This document shows positions 28,494 through 39,200 of a stretch of 64,000 nucleotides of DNA, one piece after another; positions within the stretch are counted from its first letter, which is position 1; the number at the start of each line of letters is the position of its first letter. The notes beneath the pieces are model-generated. The model had not been told where the DNA came from and did not search any database. It saw only the letters and a program-made list of their open reading frames with translations. This DNA comes from Treponema sp. (GTDB lineage Bacteria > Spirochaetota > Spirochaetia > Treponematales > Treponemataceae), in the NCBI GenBank assembly GCA_017381365.1, contig JAFOCI010000041.1:9963-73962 (forward strand). The letters are read 5' to 3'. Both the position numbers and the translations under genes were made by a program.

Positions 28494-29006
28494 TTACTTT
28501 TTCTGAATTTCCTGATACGACAGGCTTAAAATCCGTTTTCCGTCCATAAGCGTAACTGCAAAATTTATGCGCTTATTAGACCTGTTCACATCCGAAATAA
28601 AGCCTTCCATTCCTTTGAACAATCCGTCTACAATTACAATCCTGTCGTTTACATCAAACTGAACATTTACAACAGGAATAACGCTTCCATATTTTAAAAA
28701 TGAAGTTACAAGGTCGGTATCTTTTGCAGAAAGCGGTTTCATTCCATTATCATGGGGAAGAAAATCAATAAAACCTTCTTCATCTTTTATATCCTGAATT
28801 CTTGAAATATTATCCGTTTCCCAGAAAACATAACCTGGAAACAACGGATCAATATACTCCTTGCCGCTTTTTAACCTCATCTGCTTTCCAACACAATGTA
28901 GTTTGCCATTCTCCTCCTCTGGAAAAGAATCAAAGACAGCTTGTACTTTTTCTATAAATTGTTTTTCAAAACCGGTTCTAACCCAAATGCAGTAAAAATT
29001 GCTCAT
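28494..29006 (-). CDS. Specialised NusG paralog (RfaH/UpxY/LoaP-class operon antiterminator)
   Basis: 170 aa. NGN motif LFPGYVFW, C-terminal KOW-like IVIVDGLFKGMEGFISDV. Sits at the head of the glycan operon. Confidence 0.75.
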   Translation of the reverse strand: MSNFYCIWVRTGFEKQFIEKVQAVFDSFPEEENGKLHCVGKQMRLKSGKEYIDPLFPGYVFWETDNISRIQDIKDEEGFIDFLPHDNGMKPLSAKDTDLVTSFLKYGSVIPVVNVQFDVNDRIVIVDGLFKGMEGFISDVNRSNKRINFAVTLMDGKRILSLSYQEIQKK

Positions 29007-29038
29007 TATCCAACTCTTCTCTTTTTCAATTCAATAAG

Positions 29039-29067
29039 AATAATAGCATATTTTTTTGATTAAGTCA
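29039..29067 (-). promoter_or_regulatory. Candidate promoter with extended -10 (CTGACT-17-TATTAT, with a TG dinucleotide one base upstream of the -10)
   Basis: -35 at 29062-29067, -10 at 29039-29044 with TG at 29046-29047. It lies about 30 nt upstream of the NusG-paralog ATG. Confidence 0.35.
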
Positions 29068-29178
29068 GCTAGACAAATTGAATCTCCCAGAACAGCAAAT
29101 GTCCAAGAGAATATTTGTTTTAATATCTTTATTGTCTTTGTCTTGTTTCTCTTGAGTTGAAGCCTTAAACAATTCCTT

Positions 29179-29913
29179 TTACTTCTGAATCCAGACATAA
29201 GCCGTTGCCGAACTAGCACCAACCTTTTCAATAAGTCCTTCTTTAACTAAATCGGCTAAAGTTCTTTCTACCGTCTTTTTACTGATATCAGGACATTTTT
29301 CCAGAATTTCTTTTTTGTTTATCTTGCCTACAGTATTTTGTATCAAGCGTTTTACTCTTTCAGGCTTTGAAATCTTATTGTCAGATAAGTATTCAACACG
29401 ACTTTCAAATTCATTTGACGCCTTAATCAGAATACCTAGATAATACTTAACGAAAGGTTCGTATAGATTATTGCTCTCATGCCATTCTGCAGAACAATCC
29501 TGCAGGGCTTCATAACAAGTTTCTTTTGACTCTTCACTAAGCATCTCAATACTTATGTATTTTCCAACAATAAATCCAGCCCGATAAAGTAAAAGAAGAG
29601 TAAGAAGTCTGCTCATTCGTCCGTTTCCATCTTCAAATGGGTGAATACATAGAAAATCCAAAATGAACATAGGGATTAACAGTAATTTATCTGTTTTGCC
29701 GCTATTCCATTCCTCCAGAAAATGTTCTGTCATAAGTCTCATAGCTTCTTCCGTTTCAAAGGCTGATACTGGTGCAAATCTTACTTTCTGAATTCCATTT
29801 CCATCTGTTTCGGCAATAATGTTATCGCTGGATTTATATTTTCCACCAAAACCATTTTGATTGTATGAATATAAATATCCTCTGTAATAATCTCTACCCC
29901 AAAGAAATATTCT
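29179..29913 (-). pseudogene. Fic-family protein, 5'-truncated
   Basis: Fic motif HPFEDGNGRMSR and a C-terminal wHTH-like tail. The frame stays open for 57 codons upstream of the first ATG (29742) and still reads Fic-like (GGKYKSSDNII...VRFAPVSAFETEEAM) with no start codon. It ends at a stop inside an inverted repeat. Confidence 0.5.
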
Positions 29914-29950
29914 CTATGTCATAATAACATAAAATGACATAGAGAATATT
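29906..29950. repeat. Perfect 17-bp inverted repeat with an 11-nt spacer
   Basis: AATATTCTCTATGTCAT (29906-29922) and ATGACATAGAGAATATT (29934-29950). A third partial half-site TGACATAGAGAA follows at 29955-29966. Confidence 0.9.
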
Positions 29951-30309
29951 GCTTTGACATAGAGAAATTAAGTTTTACATAATTTCAAATAGAAACTTCT
30001 CTTCTGATATTCGTTTAAGTATACACGCAAATCCCAAGTTTCAATCTGATTAAACGTTTTTTGAAGATTTTTAATCAGATTTATCAAGTGTTGAACCATA
30101 ACAGATTGAACGAAGTGAACAACCATCACAAAGACGTTTGTTTCTTTTATGACTTTTTTAAGGTATTTCAAAGCATATTTTTTCAAGTTCAACATATTTG
30201 TCTCGTGTATTGATGAATTCCTGCAATATTTCTTTGTCATCCATAAAAAAAAACTCAAAAAAGATGAATGAAATTACCAAAATGTATAAAATATTATACA
30301 TTACAAGAA

Positions 30310-31293
30310 CTATTCTTTAGATTTTACGATTACCAATATTATTACACCTATAAGCAAGACACAGGCGCCTGCTATTATAGCAATAAGCTTAAAATCAAAG
30401 AATGGATCTGATTTTTGAATACTGCTGGTATATTTGTTTTTTGCAGAATTACCAGTATCTGTATTTGAATCATCCCGATTGTAACTGTTATAATCGTTTG
30501 AATAAGCAAAACTTTCAGATTCTTCTTCATATTCATAAGAATCGGACTCGGCATCAGTTTCAACATCTGCTTCCGGTTCATCTTCTGCAGAAGCAATTTC
30601 TGACTCATCAATTTTTGTTTCAACAACAGATTCTGTTTCAACAACAGATTCTGTTTCCGTTTCTTCTATCGCAGCGGCAGTTTCTACAAAAGCATGAGGA
30701 ATAATCAAAATAGATTCCTTCCAGTCTGTATACGATTCGGAAAGCCCTATATTCTTGTAATATCCGTCAAAAACTGTCATCAAGGCATTTTCAAATTTCG
30801 TACTAAACATTTCTGTGTTATTGTAATTGTTTGAATTCCAGTAACAGATGTTTTCTGCAACTGCTCTGGCATCCATATCTGAATAACCAAAAGCCGCTTC
30901 AAGATAACCTCTAAGAATCATCTTAAGACATTTGATTGTATCTACAGTAGCAGTGCTGCCAATCAGAATAACATCTGCACCACGTTTATCTTTCCCGTAA
31001 ATGCGGGCAGAACTGTATTTGTAAGCCGGATTTCCCTTGTTATAAGGATTTGGATCATTCTGAACAGATTCCTGATATTTAATACCACGTCCAAGACGGC
31101 GACCAATATCCTTAATTTGTTCAGCCGTATTGATTTCATGAGGTGCATAACCGCCGGTCCATTCTTTGTATGATGCAGCCTTACTGCTATTAATGTAATC
31201 AGTGTCAATATTTATGCTTTCCTGACCAAAAGCAAAGGAAGTCATAATCAAAGCGGTAAAAACAAATCCAAAAAACAAAAATGATTTTTTCAT
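30310..31293 (-). CDS. Secreted, C-terminally membrane-anchored protein with an acidic low-complexity region
   Basis: 327 aa. Signal peptide MKKSFLFFGFVFTALIMTSFAFG, D/E/S-rich region, C-terminal TM helix LIAIIAGACVLLIGVIILVIV. Confidence 0.6.
   Translation of the reverse strand: MKKSFLFFGFVFTALIMTSFAFGQESINIDTDYINSSKAASYKEWTGGYAPHEINTAEQIKDIGRRLGRGIKYQESVQNDPNPYNKGNPAYKYSSARIYGKDKRGADVILIGSTATVDTIKCLKMILRGYLEAAFGYSDMDARAVAENICYWNSNNYNNTEMFSTKFENALMTVFDGYYKNIGLSESYTDWKESILIIPHAFVETAAAIEETETESVVETESVVETKIDESEIASAEDEPEADVETDAESDSYEYEEESESFAYSNDYNSYNRDDSNTDTGNSAKNKYTSSIQKSDPFFDFKLIAIIAGACVLLIGVIILVIVKSKE
30617..30657. repeat. 18-bp tandem repeat (2.3 copies) in the acidic region
   Basis: GTTTCAACAACAGATTCT x2 plus a partial copy, encoding ETESVV ETESVV. 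Confidence 0.85.
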
Positions 31294-31419
31294 AAAAAAA
31301 CCTCTCTAATTCGTTTTTCGGACAACAAAGAAAAATGTTTAGCAAAAAAATCACATAAAAAAGTTAGAAAATTTATTATATTGTCTAAAAATATAGACAG
31401 TACAACCAGCTTTTTATTT

Positions 31420-32448
31420 TCATTTTGATTTTATTATTTTTTCGAAAATTTTCATCACTTTTTCTGGAGAGTATCGCTTAGTATAAAAATCCATATTTTT
31501 ACCTGCATATTTTTCTTTTGAAAAATTCAGCAAGATTTTTTTAAGTTTCTTTGAATTTCTATAAGTAATTGCGTGTTTTCCAAGAATCATCAGATGGGCT
31601 TTAGAATATGATAATTTCTTTTTTAATTGATTATCTTTAAAATATCTCCACATTTTTCTTGGGCCAGGCTTATAAGTAATAATTGGTTTATTCATAGATG
31701 AAAATTCTGCAATGGATAAGCCAAAAGTTTCACCATCATCCCTTGCATGAATCATGGCATCACAAGTATTAATGAACTTTGCCTTTACTTCAGGATCTGT
31801 TGAACCTTCAAGAAAAATCACATTTTCAAGCTCACAACCATAATTATCCATTAAGAAATTGTTTATATTCATAAAGATGAAATAAATATCTTTTCTTTTT
31901 TCTGCAATTTCTTTAATAGCATCATGTACAAACCTGAAGTTAAACCTGTCTTTTCCTGCATACGAGCCATAAACAATCGCATCTTTTGGAATATTTAATT
32001 CACTGCGCATATCATCTTTGCAATCAGAAAGCTTCTTAACAATATGAGGAAGAACCGGATATCCTGTAAAAAAATACTTATTCAAGTAGTTGTGGATAGC
32101 ACAATAATATGTGCCATGTTTTCTAGTTGTATCAAATACAGCATGGACAAAAGTTTTTACACCAACAATCTCATCTGCAATGTCCTTTGACTTTCCATCT
32201 ACAATCAAATAAAGCAAATCCACAGACCGTTCTATCAATATCTGATTAAATTTTTTAATATCATCAAAAAGAATTATTTCAAAATCTTTTTTTAGCATTT
32301 CATATCTGTTATTGTCAAAAATCCGATCCTTTGGAAAAGCTAAAATAGATTCATTTCTCAAAACATCCTTGTTTGCAAATGCATAATCTATTAAAGCTGT
32401 TTCTGTACCACGTTCACACAATTGATTTGAATAGAATACAATTTTCAT
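31420..32448 (-). CDS. Putative GT-B fold glycosyltransferase
   Basis: 342 aa, DGETFGLSIAEFSSMNKPIITY resembles the GT1/GT4 E-x7-E region. Confidence 0.5.
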   Translation of the reverse strand: MKIVFYSNQLCERGTETALIDYAFANKDVLRNESILAFPKDRIFDNNRYEMLKKDFEIILFDDIKKFNQILIERSVDLLYLIVDGKSKDIADEIVGVKTFVHAVFDTTRKHGTYYCAIHNYLNKYFFTGYPVLPHIVKKLSDCKDDMRSELNIPKDAIVYGSYAGKDRFNFRFVHDAIKEIAEKRKDIYFIFMNINNFLMDNYGCELENVIFLEGSTDPEVKAKFINTCDAMIHARDDGETFGLSIAEFSSMNKPIITYKPGPRKMWRYFKDNQLKKKLSYSKAHLMILGKHAITYRNSKKLKKILLNFSKEKYAGKNMDFYTKRYSPEKVMKIFEKIIKSK

Positions 32449-32477
32449 AAAAAAACACCTGTATAATTAAGTTTTGT

Positions 32478-33455
32478 TTAATACTTCCACTCTAATCCTA
32501 TCGGACGATATTTATAAGCTACATACAAATTGAAATATAAGTATTCATACAAACTGAATTTATTTGTTGAAGCAGAACAATCCTTAATATCTTTTGAAGT
32601 CTGTTCTAGTATTTGTTCCAATGAATAAGTCAGATTAAATTTTTCCCTTAATAAATTCCAATATTTCTTAAAAAAAATCTCATTACATTCCAAAGCTGAC
32701 TTTAACCAGGCTTCTTGTCCTCCTGTTCTAGCCCCTGTGAACTTTACATATTTTGGTGCAAGATTTATCTGACATGCATCTGGCACATAAGCTATTTTCT
32801 TATCATTAAGCAGGCAGCGAATAATAAAATCTGTTTCTTCTCTCAAAGCGCAGCCTGTATAAAAGGTATTAAATAAAATATTGCTGGCAATACTTCTATC
32901 TGTCAAAAAACAGGCATGAACATATGGAACTTCAATATAATCTGACTTACAATATCCACAAAAAAAAGAGCGAAAAGGTTCAAGATTCGCAATACGAGAA
33001 CCATCAACTGTCCATAATTTCCTTTTCCACACTTCATAAGCAGCAATTTTACTAATTTTGTCGCTGCAATAATCTTCACAGGTAAGATATCTGGCACCAA
33101 CCAAATCAAAATTATATTTTTCTTTTACTTCTATTAACCTTTTAATCGTACCAGGCTTGATTATAGAATCATCATCTCCAAAATAAATGTAGTCACAAGT
33201 TGCATTTTTAATACCAACATTTTTACTAAATGTTTGTTTTGAATTAACTTCATTTCTAAAATATTTGATAATTGGATATTTTTTTTGTAATTTTTTTACA
33301 ACTTGTTCTGTATTATCAGATGAACAATCATCTATAATAATTAACTCATTTACATCTGGCTGAAGATAAGTTGGAATTGTTTTAGGCAAAATCTTAGCCC
33401 GATTGTAAGAAGGAATCACAACTGTAACTGTTTTCATATTATGCTCTCTATTCAT
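32478..33455 (-). CDS. GT2 glycosyltransferase
   Basis: VTVVIPSYNRAKIL...IIIDDCSSDNT, and GDDD further on. Confidence 0.8.
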   Translation of the reverse strand: MNREHNMKTVTVVIPSYNRAKILPKTIPTYLQPDVNELIIIDDCSSDNTEQVVKKLQKKYPIIKYFRNEVNSKQTFSKNVGIKNATCDYIYFGDDDSIIKPGTIKRLIEVKEKYNFDLVGARYLTCEDYCSDKISKIAAYEVWKRKLWTVDGSRIANLEPFRSFFCGYCKSDYIEVPYVHACFLTDRSIASNILFNTFYTGCALREETDFIIRCLLNDKKIAYVPDACQINLAPKYVKFTGARTGGQEAWLKSALECNEIFFKKYWNLLREKFNLTYSLEQILEQTSKDIKDCSASTNKFSLYEYLYFNLYVAYKYRPIGLEWKY

Positions 33456-33596
33456 CCCAATACTTTATCGAATACAATAAGGAATGTATTAAATTTAAAA
33501 ATCATACTCAATGCACTAAATTCGGATATTAGAGTACGTAAATCCATTGATTTCTCCATATATTTTTATAAAAAATTATACTATAATAGAAATGTT

Positions 33597-33920
33597 ATGA
33601 AAACTATTGAATTTGAAAAAATCGTTCAGGAAGCAAAGGCTGAATTTTCAGAGAAACCAAATCTGCCTGACTTTAACGCTATAAAACTTACAGAAACCCA
33701 GCAGAATGGATACAAAATCATTTTTGACAAAATTAGCAACGGTTCTGGTATAAAGAAATTCATCAACAAAGTTGGAATGAAGTTTACCCGCAATTCACTT
33801 TTGCAGATTATAAAAATGCAGAATGACATAAACCTTGAGCTTCTTAAAAAAATTGAAACTCTAAAAAATACTGTTGAGCAGCTGGAAACTGAAGTAGAAC
33901 TTTTGAAAAAATCTGAATAG
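33597..33920 (+). CDS. Small coiled-coil protein (107 aa), hypothetical
   Basis: Trimmed from track ORF 33441-33920 to MKTIEFEKIV. The C-terminus has heptad-like LELLKKIETLKNTVEQLETEVELLKK. It lies 8 nt upstream of the GT4 gene. Confidence 0.4.
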   Translation: MKTIEFEKIVQEAKAEFSEKPNLPDFNAIKLTETQQNGYKIIFDKISNGSGIKKFINKVGMKFTRNSLLQIIKMQNDINLELLKKIETLKNTVEQLETEVELLKKSE

Positions 33921-33928
33921 GAAAAAAT

Positions 33929-34996
33929 ATGCGCATTATTCAACTTTATTCGTCCCTTTCTTATGGCGACGCAATCGGAAACGACATTCTTGCCCTTGAT
34001 GCTGTAATCAAGGCAAAAGGTTTTGACGCAAAAATTTACGCTGAATACATAGACAAGCGTATTTCGCCAGAGCTTGCATCCCCCTTCAGTCAATATGAAC
34101 CGCAAAAAACAGATGTTATCATCCTTCATGTTGGCGGAGCGTCTAAAATCAACGAATGGATTAAAACTGTTGACTGCAAAAAAATTATGGTTTACCACAA
34201 CATTACTACACCAGACTTTTTTGAGGAATACAATCAGAAAAGCGCAGGATACTGCCAGCGCGGTCTTCAGCAGGTTCAGGCATTGAATGATACTTTTGAC
34301 ATGGTACTTGCTGTATCTGAGTTCAACAAACAGAATCTTATTGATATGGGCTATAAATGCAAAATCAACATTCTGCCAATTCTTATTCCTTTTGATGATT
34401 ACAAAAAGCAAGCTGATTCTGTATTGCTGGAAAAATATGATGACGATTACACAAACATCATTTTTTTGGGCCGGATTGTTCCAAACAAAAAGCAGCAGGA
34501 CGTAATTGCGGCATTTGCTTCTTATCAAAAAAATTACAATCCAAAATCACGGCTTTTCCTTGTAGGAAATCCAAATGATTTTGAAAAATACAATGAACAG
34601 TTAAAAATATTTACTCAAAAAATTGGCGCAAAAAATGTAATCTTTACTGGCCACACCCGTTTTGATGAAATTCTCGCTTACTACAAACTATCTGACCTGT
34701 TCCTGTGCATGAGCGAGCACGAAGGTTTCTGCGTTCCTCTGGTAGAAGCTATGTTCTTTAATATTCCTATTGTTGCCTACGCAAGTTCTGCAATTCCAGG
34801 CACGTTAAATGGAAGCGGATTTCTGTTAAACGAAAAAAATCCTGACTTAACGGCAGCCGTCATGAACAGGATTCTTACTTCGGAAGAACTTAAAACTAAT
34901 ATTCTGAAAAATCAGCAGGAACGTCTTTCTGACTTTAGTCATTCTAAAGTTGAAGAACTTTTCTGGAAATTCACGGAAGAATTACTTGCCAAGTAA
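33929..34996 (+). CDS. GT4 glycosyltransferase
   Basis: 355 aa, EHEGFCVPLVEAMFFNIPIVAYASSAIPGTL. Confidence 0.8.
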   Translation: MRIIQLYSSLSYGDAIGNDILALDAVIKAKGFDAKIYAEYIDKRISPELASPFSQYEPQKTDVIILHVGGASKINEWIKTVDCKKIMVYHNITTPDFFEEYNQKSAGYCQRGLQQVQALNDTFDMVLAVSEFNKQNLIDMGYKCKINILPILIPFDDYKKQADSVLLEKYDDDYTNIIFLGRIVPNKKQQDVIAAFASYQKNYNPKSRLFLVGNPNDFEKYNEQLKIFTQKIGAKNVIFTGHTRFDEILAYYKLSDLFLCMSEHEGFCVPLVEAMFFNIPIVAYASSAIPGTLNGSGFLLNEKNPDLTAAVMNRILTSEELKTNILKNQQERLSDFSHSKVEELFWKFTEELLAK

Positions 34997-36010
34997 TTTT
35001 TTTGCGATTTTCTTTCCTGTCTGCACAAAATTACGAACTGGTTTTGTAATTTTCCATGAAGTTGAACTTTCGTAATATGTGCGGACTTTATTTTCTTTAG
35101 CCTTAATTGTTTCTAATTCTTTCAGATGTATTTCGTAGAACACATTCTGTTCAAGGCTTGCAAGAACTTCTTCAGATTTGCGGATACATTCATCCCGCAG
35201 AATTGATAACTCGCCTGTTACTTCCGCATTTCTAAACATAGGAAGATAAACATCTGCTTTCATTAAGATAAGATAATCATAAAAAACTTTTAATCTTGGC
35301 GCACAAAGTTCTGATTGTTTGCGCAATGTATCAAGAAGCACAGGAAATGTTTCAAAATGTTTTTCTGAAATAACAGCATGGCAAAAGCTTTCCTTGCGTT
35401 CAAACCAGGCATAAAGGGGTTGTTCAATTTTAATTATTCTATTTGTTTTTGAATACAAATTGAAAGTTATACTTGTGTCTTCCCCAAAAATATTCGGAAA
35501 GAATAAATCGTTTTTTCTTAAAAATTCTGTCTTATATATTTTAGACCAGGGAGCATCTTCATAAAAATACATTGCACAATCCTGGTTCATTTTCTTTACA
35601 GTCAATGTTCCATCAAAATTCTTTTTAAAAGGATTTTCCGTAAAATATCCTTTAAGATGTACAACATTTGTAATATCAGCATCAAATTTCTCTATTACTT
35701 CAAACACAGATTTAAGACAGTTTGGTTGAATACAGTCATCGTTATCAATAAACCAGGTATATTCGCCAGTTACAGTTTTAAATGCGTTATTTCTGGCAGG
35801 ACCAATTCCCTGATTTTCCTGAGAAATGATATTGAATTTGCCGGCATATTTCTTTTCATATTCCCTAAGAATATCCATTGAATTATCTTTTGAGCCATCA
35901 TTGATGCAGATAATTTCAAAATCGTCTATATCCTGCGCCAATAAAGAATCAAGACAGCGACCAATATATTCAGCTGCGTTATAAACTGGAATCACAAAAG
36001 AAAGTTTCAT
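34982..36010 (-). CDS. GT2 glycosyltransferase
   Basis: MKLSFVIPVYNAAEYIGRCLDSLLAQ...INDGSKDNS. Its 3' end overlaps the convergent GT4 gene by 15 nt. Confidence 0.8.
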   Translation of the reverse strand: MKLSFVIPVYNAAEYIGRCLDSLLAQDIDDFEIICINDGSKDNSMDILREYEKKYAGKFNIISQENQGIGPARNNAFKTVTGEYTWFIDNDDCIQPNCLKSVFEVIEKFDADITNVVHLKGYFTENPFKKNFDGTLTVKKMNQDCAMYFYEDAPWSKIYKTEFLRKNDLFFPNIFGEDTSITFNLYSKTNRIIKIEQPLYAWFERKESFCHAVISEKHFETFPVLLDTLRKQSELCAPRLKVFYDYLILMKADVYLPMFRNAEVTGELSILRDECIRKSEEVLASLEQNVFYEIHLKELETIKAKENKVRTYYESSTSWKITKPVRNFVQTGKKIAKKLLGK

Positions 36011-36034
36011 TATTTACCTCCCATAGTTAAATAA

Positions 36035-36152
36035 TGGGCTGTCCAATAAGTTTGCATTACGGTGGTTGAGTTTATCGAAACCACCACATTTAGTGTAGCA
36101 GTCATTTCGACGAGCTCAATGAGCGCTACACTCATTACTTTTGGGTCAGCCC
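36035..36152. repeat. Nested-palindrome intergenic repeat, copy A
   Basis: Terminal inverted GGGCTGTCC / GGTCAGCCCC ends and an internal GGTGGTT-N11-AACCACC hairpin. About 60 nt are near-identical to copies B (reverse complement) and D. Confidence 0.8.
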
Positions 36153-36299
36153 CTAGGGAAGATAAAGCCGCGCTATTTTAGCGGTTTTATCTTACACTCC
36201 TGTAGAAATATCACACATTCCATGAACGACTTTGCCTAAAAAGTGTGTTTACATAATAGAAGATTTTTGCAAATGATTCAATTTTGCATGAACAGACAA

Positions 36300-39200
36300 T
36301 TATTCGTGGTACTTGTAATCCTTATCGTTGTCTATGATTTCCAGCATCTTATCTGCCACAACCCCATCAAACTGAGTGCCGCGCCCCTGAACAATCTGCT
36401 CCCTTACAACATCCTGCGCAAGATATTTTCGGTAACTACGGTTAGAAGTCATTGCATCATAAGCGTCAGCAACACAAATAATGCGGGCAATTTCAGGAAT
36501 TGCTTCGCCCTTCAAACCATCAGGATATCCCTTGCCGTCATAACGTTCGTGATGCCAGCGGGCGCCAACACTTACTTCCGGCATAGATTCAATAGATTTT
36601 AAAATTTCAGAACCAATCACAGGATGCTGCTTGATTATGGCAAATTCCTCGTCTGTCAGTTTTCCAGGCTTATTAATGATTGTATCAGGAATACCGATTT
36701 TACCAATATCATGAAGCAAAGCCGCATAATAGATTGATTCTGCTCTTTCCTCTGATTTTCCCAAAGCCAATGCCAGCATTCTTGAATATTCTGCTACACG
36801 ATTTGAATGACCATTTGTATACGTATCTTTGGCATCAATTGTTCCTGTAAGCGCCTTTGTAACTTCAAAAGAAAGCTTCTGCATTTTTTCTTTCTGCTCA
36901 ACAACTTCCTTTGTACGTTCCTTTACCTGAATTTCAAGATTTTCCTTTAAATCACTTAATTCTTTAGTACGCTTATTAACCAGAATTTCCAGTTTTGAAC
37001 TTTCTATCTTTAAATATGCAATTCGTTTTTTTATGATAAAATGAACAACAATCCCAAAAAGAATTACCATTAAAATCCAGAACCAGATTGTCTGATAGAA
37101 TGCAGCCTTTACAACTAAAGTAACAATATTTTCAGACTTTCCTTCTACTTCATCGGCATTTCTTGTCATAACAGAGAATTTATAAGTCCCTGGGAAAAGG
37201 TTTGTATAGGAAACTTCCCTGTCAAAAGACCAGTCGGAATAATCTTTATCAAAGCCTTCTAGTCTGGTCTTAAATTTAACAAGACTAGATGAAACAAAAG
37301 AAATTCCTGTGTATTTAATTCTGACACGCTTAGCGTTTGAAGGAACAACAATAGTTTCTAAATTTCGCTTATAAACCTGATTGTCAACATCAACCTGTTC
37401 AACATGAATAACAGGAGGAATTTTTGACTTTTTTTCAAGAGTCGAATCATACACACAGAATCCATCAATCAAAGTAAACCAGATTTTTTCCTTATTATCT
37501 TTGTATGAGCGAGAAGTAGATGTAACACCGCCAGAAACAATTCCATCATACATTCCATAATATCTTGGGTTAATAACAGTTTCTTTACCGTTAATTATAT
37601 TCTCAATATCACTCATGTTAAGAGAAAAAATTCCACTGTTACTTGTACACCACACATGTCCACTTTTGTCACAGATAGTCTGGAAAACGCTATCAGTAGA
37701 AAGTCCAAGTTTTGAATCAATAGTTGTGAATTTATTATCTTTGTAGATAGAAATACCAGCCCCTGTACAAATCCACATTTCGCCTTTATTAAAATTATTA
37801 ATCTTAAAAATTACATTGCCGGCAAGACCATCTGCGGTCGTAATCTTCCTTACTATTTTTTTATCACGTAAGATAAAAATTCCGCCGCCATCAGTTCCAA
37901 CCCAGACAGAACCATCAGAAGCTTCAAAAATGCACATTATATAGTCATTATCAACGCCGTCTTTTTTTGTGATATTTGTAATTGCGCCAGAAATTCCATC
38001 AATTATGGAAAGACCGTTTGTTGTTCCAACATAAATATCATTGTTAGATAGCTCCAGTGCAACTCTTACTTTATTTCCAGCAAGTCCATTGTCTTTTGTC
38101 CAGGAAGAAAGGGTTCCATCTATCGTATATTTAAGCTGCCCCAGAATCTCATAAGTACTAACAAAGAGAGTTCCTTCGTCACACACATCTACATGACGAA
38201 TTCGAATGTTTTTGCATTTTTGTGTCATTTCATTTTCAATAAAATGATCATTTTTCAGGCACAAAAGTCCATCATCACAGCCAATCCAGACAACATCCCT
38301 ATATTTGTCCTGAACAATTGAATTTACAGTCTTGTTCAAAGTAGTTGTCTTGAATTTAGGATGAATTAATCTTTGAAGCCCATTTCGATCAGTTCCAAGC
38401 CAGATGTTTTCTTGATTATCTTCTATAATTTTGACAATTTTATCATCAGCAAGCCCATTTGTAAAATCAAAATTTACAAGCTTATCTTCATGTAAAATTG
38501 CAACACCACTGTCCATTGCAAACCAGATATTTCCATCACTATCTTCAAAAATACAGTTCATGGAAGAACCTTTCTGCTGACCAAAACTTAAATCGTAATA
38601 TTGCTTTTTTTCGCCTACAACTTTTACAGCCATGCGGGATTCAAGACCAAACCAGAAAGCACCGCTTGAATCTTGATTTACAACATTTATCTTGCGGGAA
38701 TTACCATCTCCAAGCTGAAAACGATAAAAGGAACCATTTTCATAAAAAAAATGTTCCGTCTTCATCAGATGTAGAAATCCATATTTTACCAAATGTATCG
38801 CAATAAAGATAAGTAATAAGATAGTGATTTTCTTTTGGAAGCAGCATTACCCCTTCCGGAATAAAAATCTCATAATCTGGTGAAATACAAGCAATACCAG
38901 AAGAAGTTCCAATCCAAATATTACCATTTAAATCTTCACAAATAGCTCGGATAGAATTATTAGGCAGCCCACTATCCACATCAAATTGCTTTATAGTTGA
39001 ATCCTTGCAGAAAACTGTTACTCCCTCATCGTTACCGCCAACCCATAAATTTTTCCTGCTGTCTTCAAAAATAGTCCTGGCACTTGTAAAATTCACCAGA
39101 GAGTCATTAGCCTTATTTATAGTAGTAAATTTTAATCCATCAAAGCGAACCAGACCTTCATAAGTTCCTATCATCAGATAACCGTCAGAAGATTGCAGAA

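Noticed and set aside
29031-29231. 66-aa ORF between the Fic and NusG-paralog genes
   Set aside because: It overlaps the Fic 3' end and the predicted NusG-paralog promoter. The sequence is K/R-rich and low-complexity, with no SD.
29968-30258. 96-aa ORF, and a 28-codon frame starting MDDKEILQEFINTRDKYVELEK, as a possible frameshifted small gene
   Set aside because: No SD and no recognisable motif. The frames can be joined only by assuming an unsupported frameshift. It is treated as decayed or non-coding sequence next to the truncated Fic gene.
33441-33596. N-terminal 52-codon extension of the small plus-strand ORF
   Set aside because: The extension overlaps the divergent GT2 gene start and the AT-rich intergenic or promoter region. 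It is low-complexity, whereas the coiled-coil part begins at the ATG at 33597.
33626-34528. 300-aa minus-strand ORF in the track
   Set aside because: It is antisense to the well-supported GT4 gene (33929-34996) and the small plus-strand ORF. The sequence is low-complexity and Phe/Cys-rich with no motifs or SD, which is typical of an AT-rich antisense frame. The same reasoning applies to the many other 60-200-aa ORFs antisense to recognised genes, e.g. 1245-1640, 1689-2285, 22787-23266, 43532-44011 and 51025-51582.
34982-34996. 15-nt 3'-end overlap of convergent GT4 and GT2 genes as a regulatory antisense feature
   Set aside because: Short convergent overlaps are common in compact AT-rich genomes. 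No structure or motif supports a specific function.
36153-36200. Second hairpin AGATAAAGCCGC-N9-GCGGTTTTATCT after repeat copy A as a terminator for the HD-GYP gene
   Set aside because: On the minus (gene) strand the stem has an A-C mismatch and is not followed by a U-run. It pairs better as plus-strand RNA, where no gene ends. Left unassigned.
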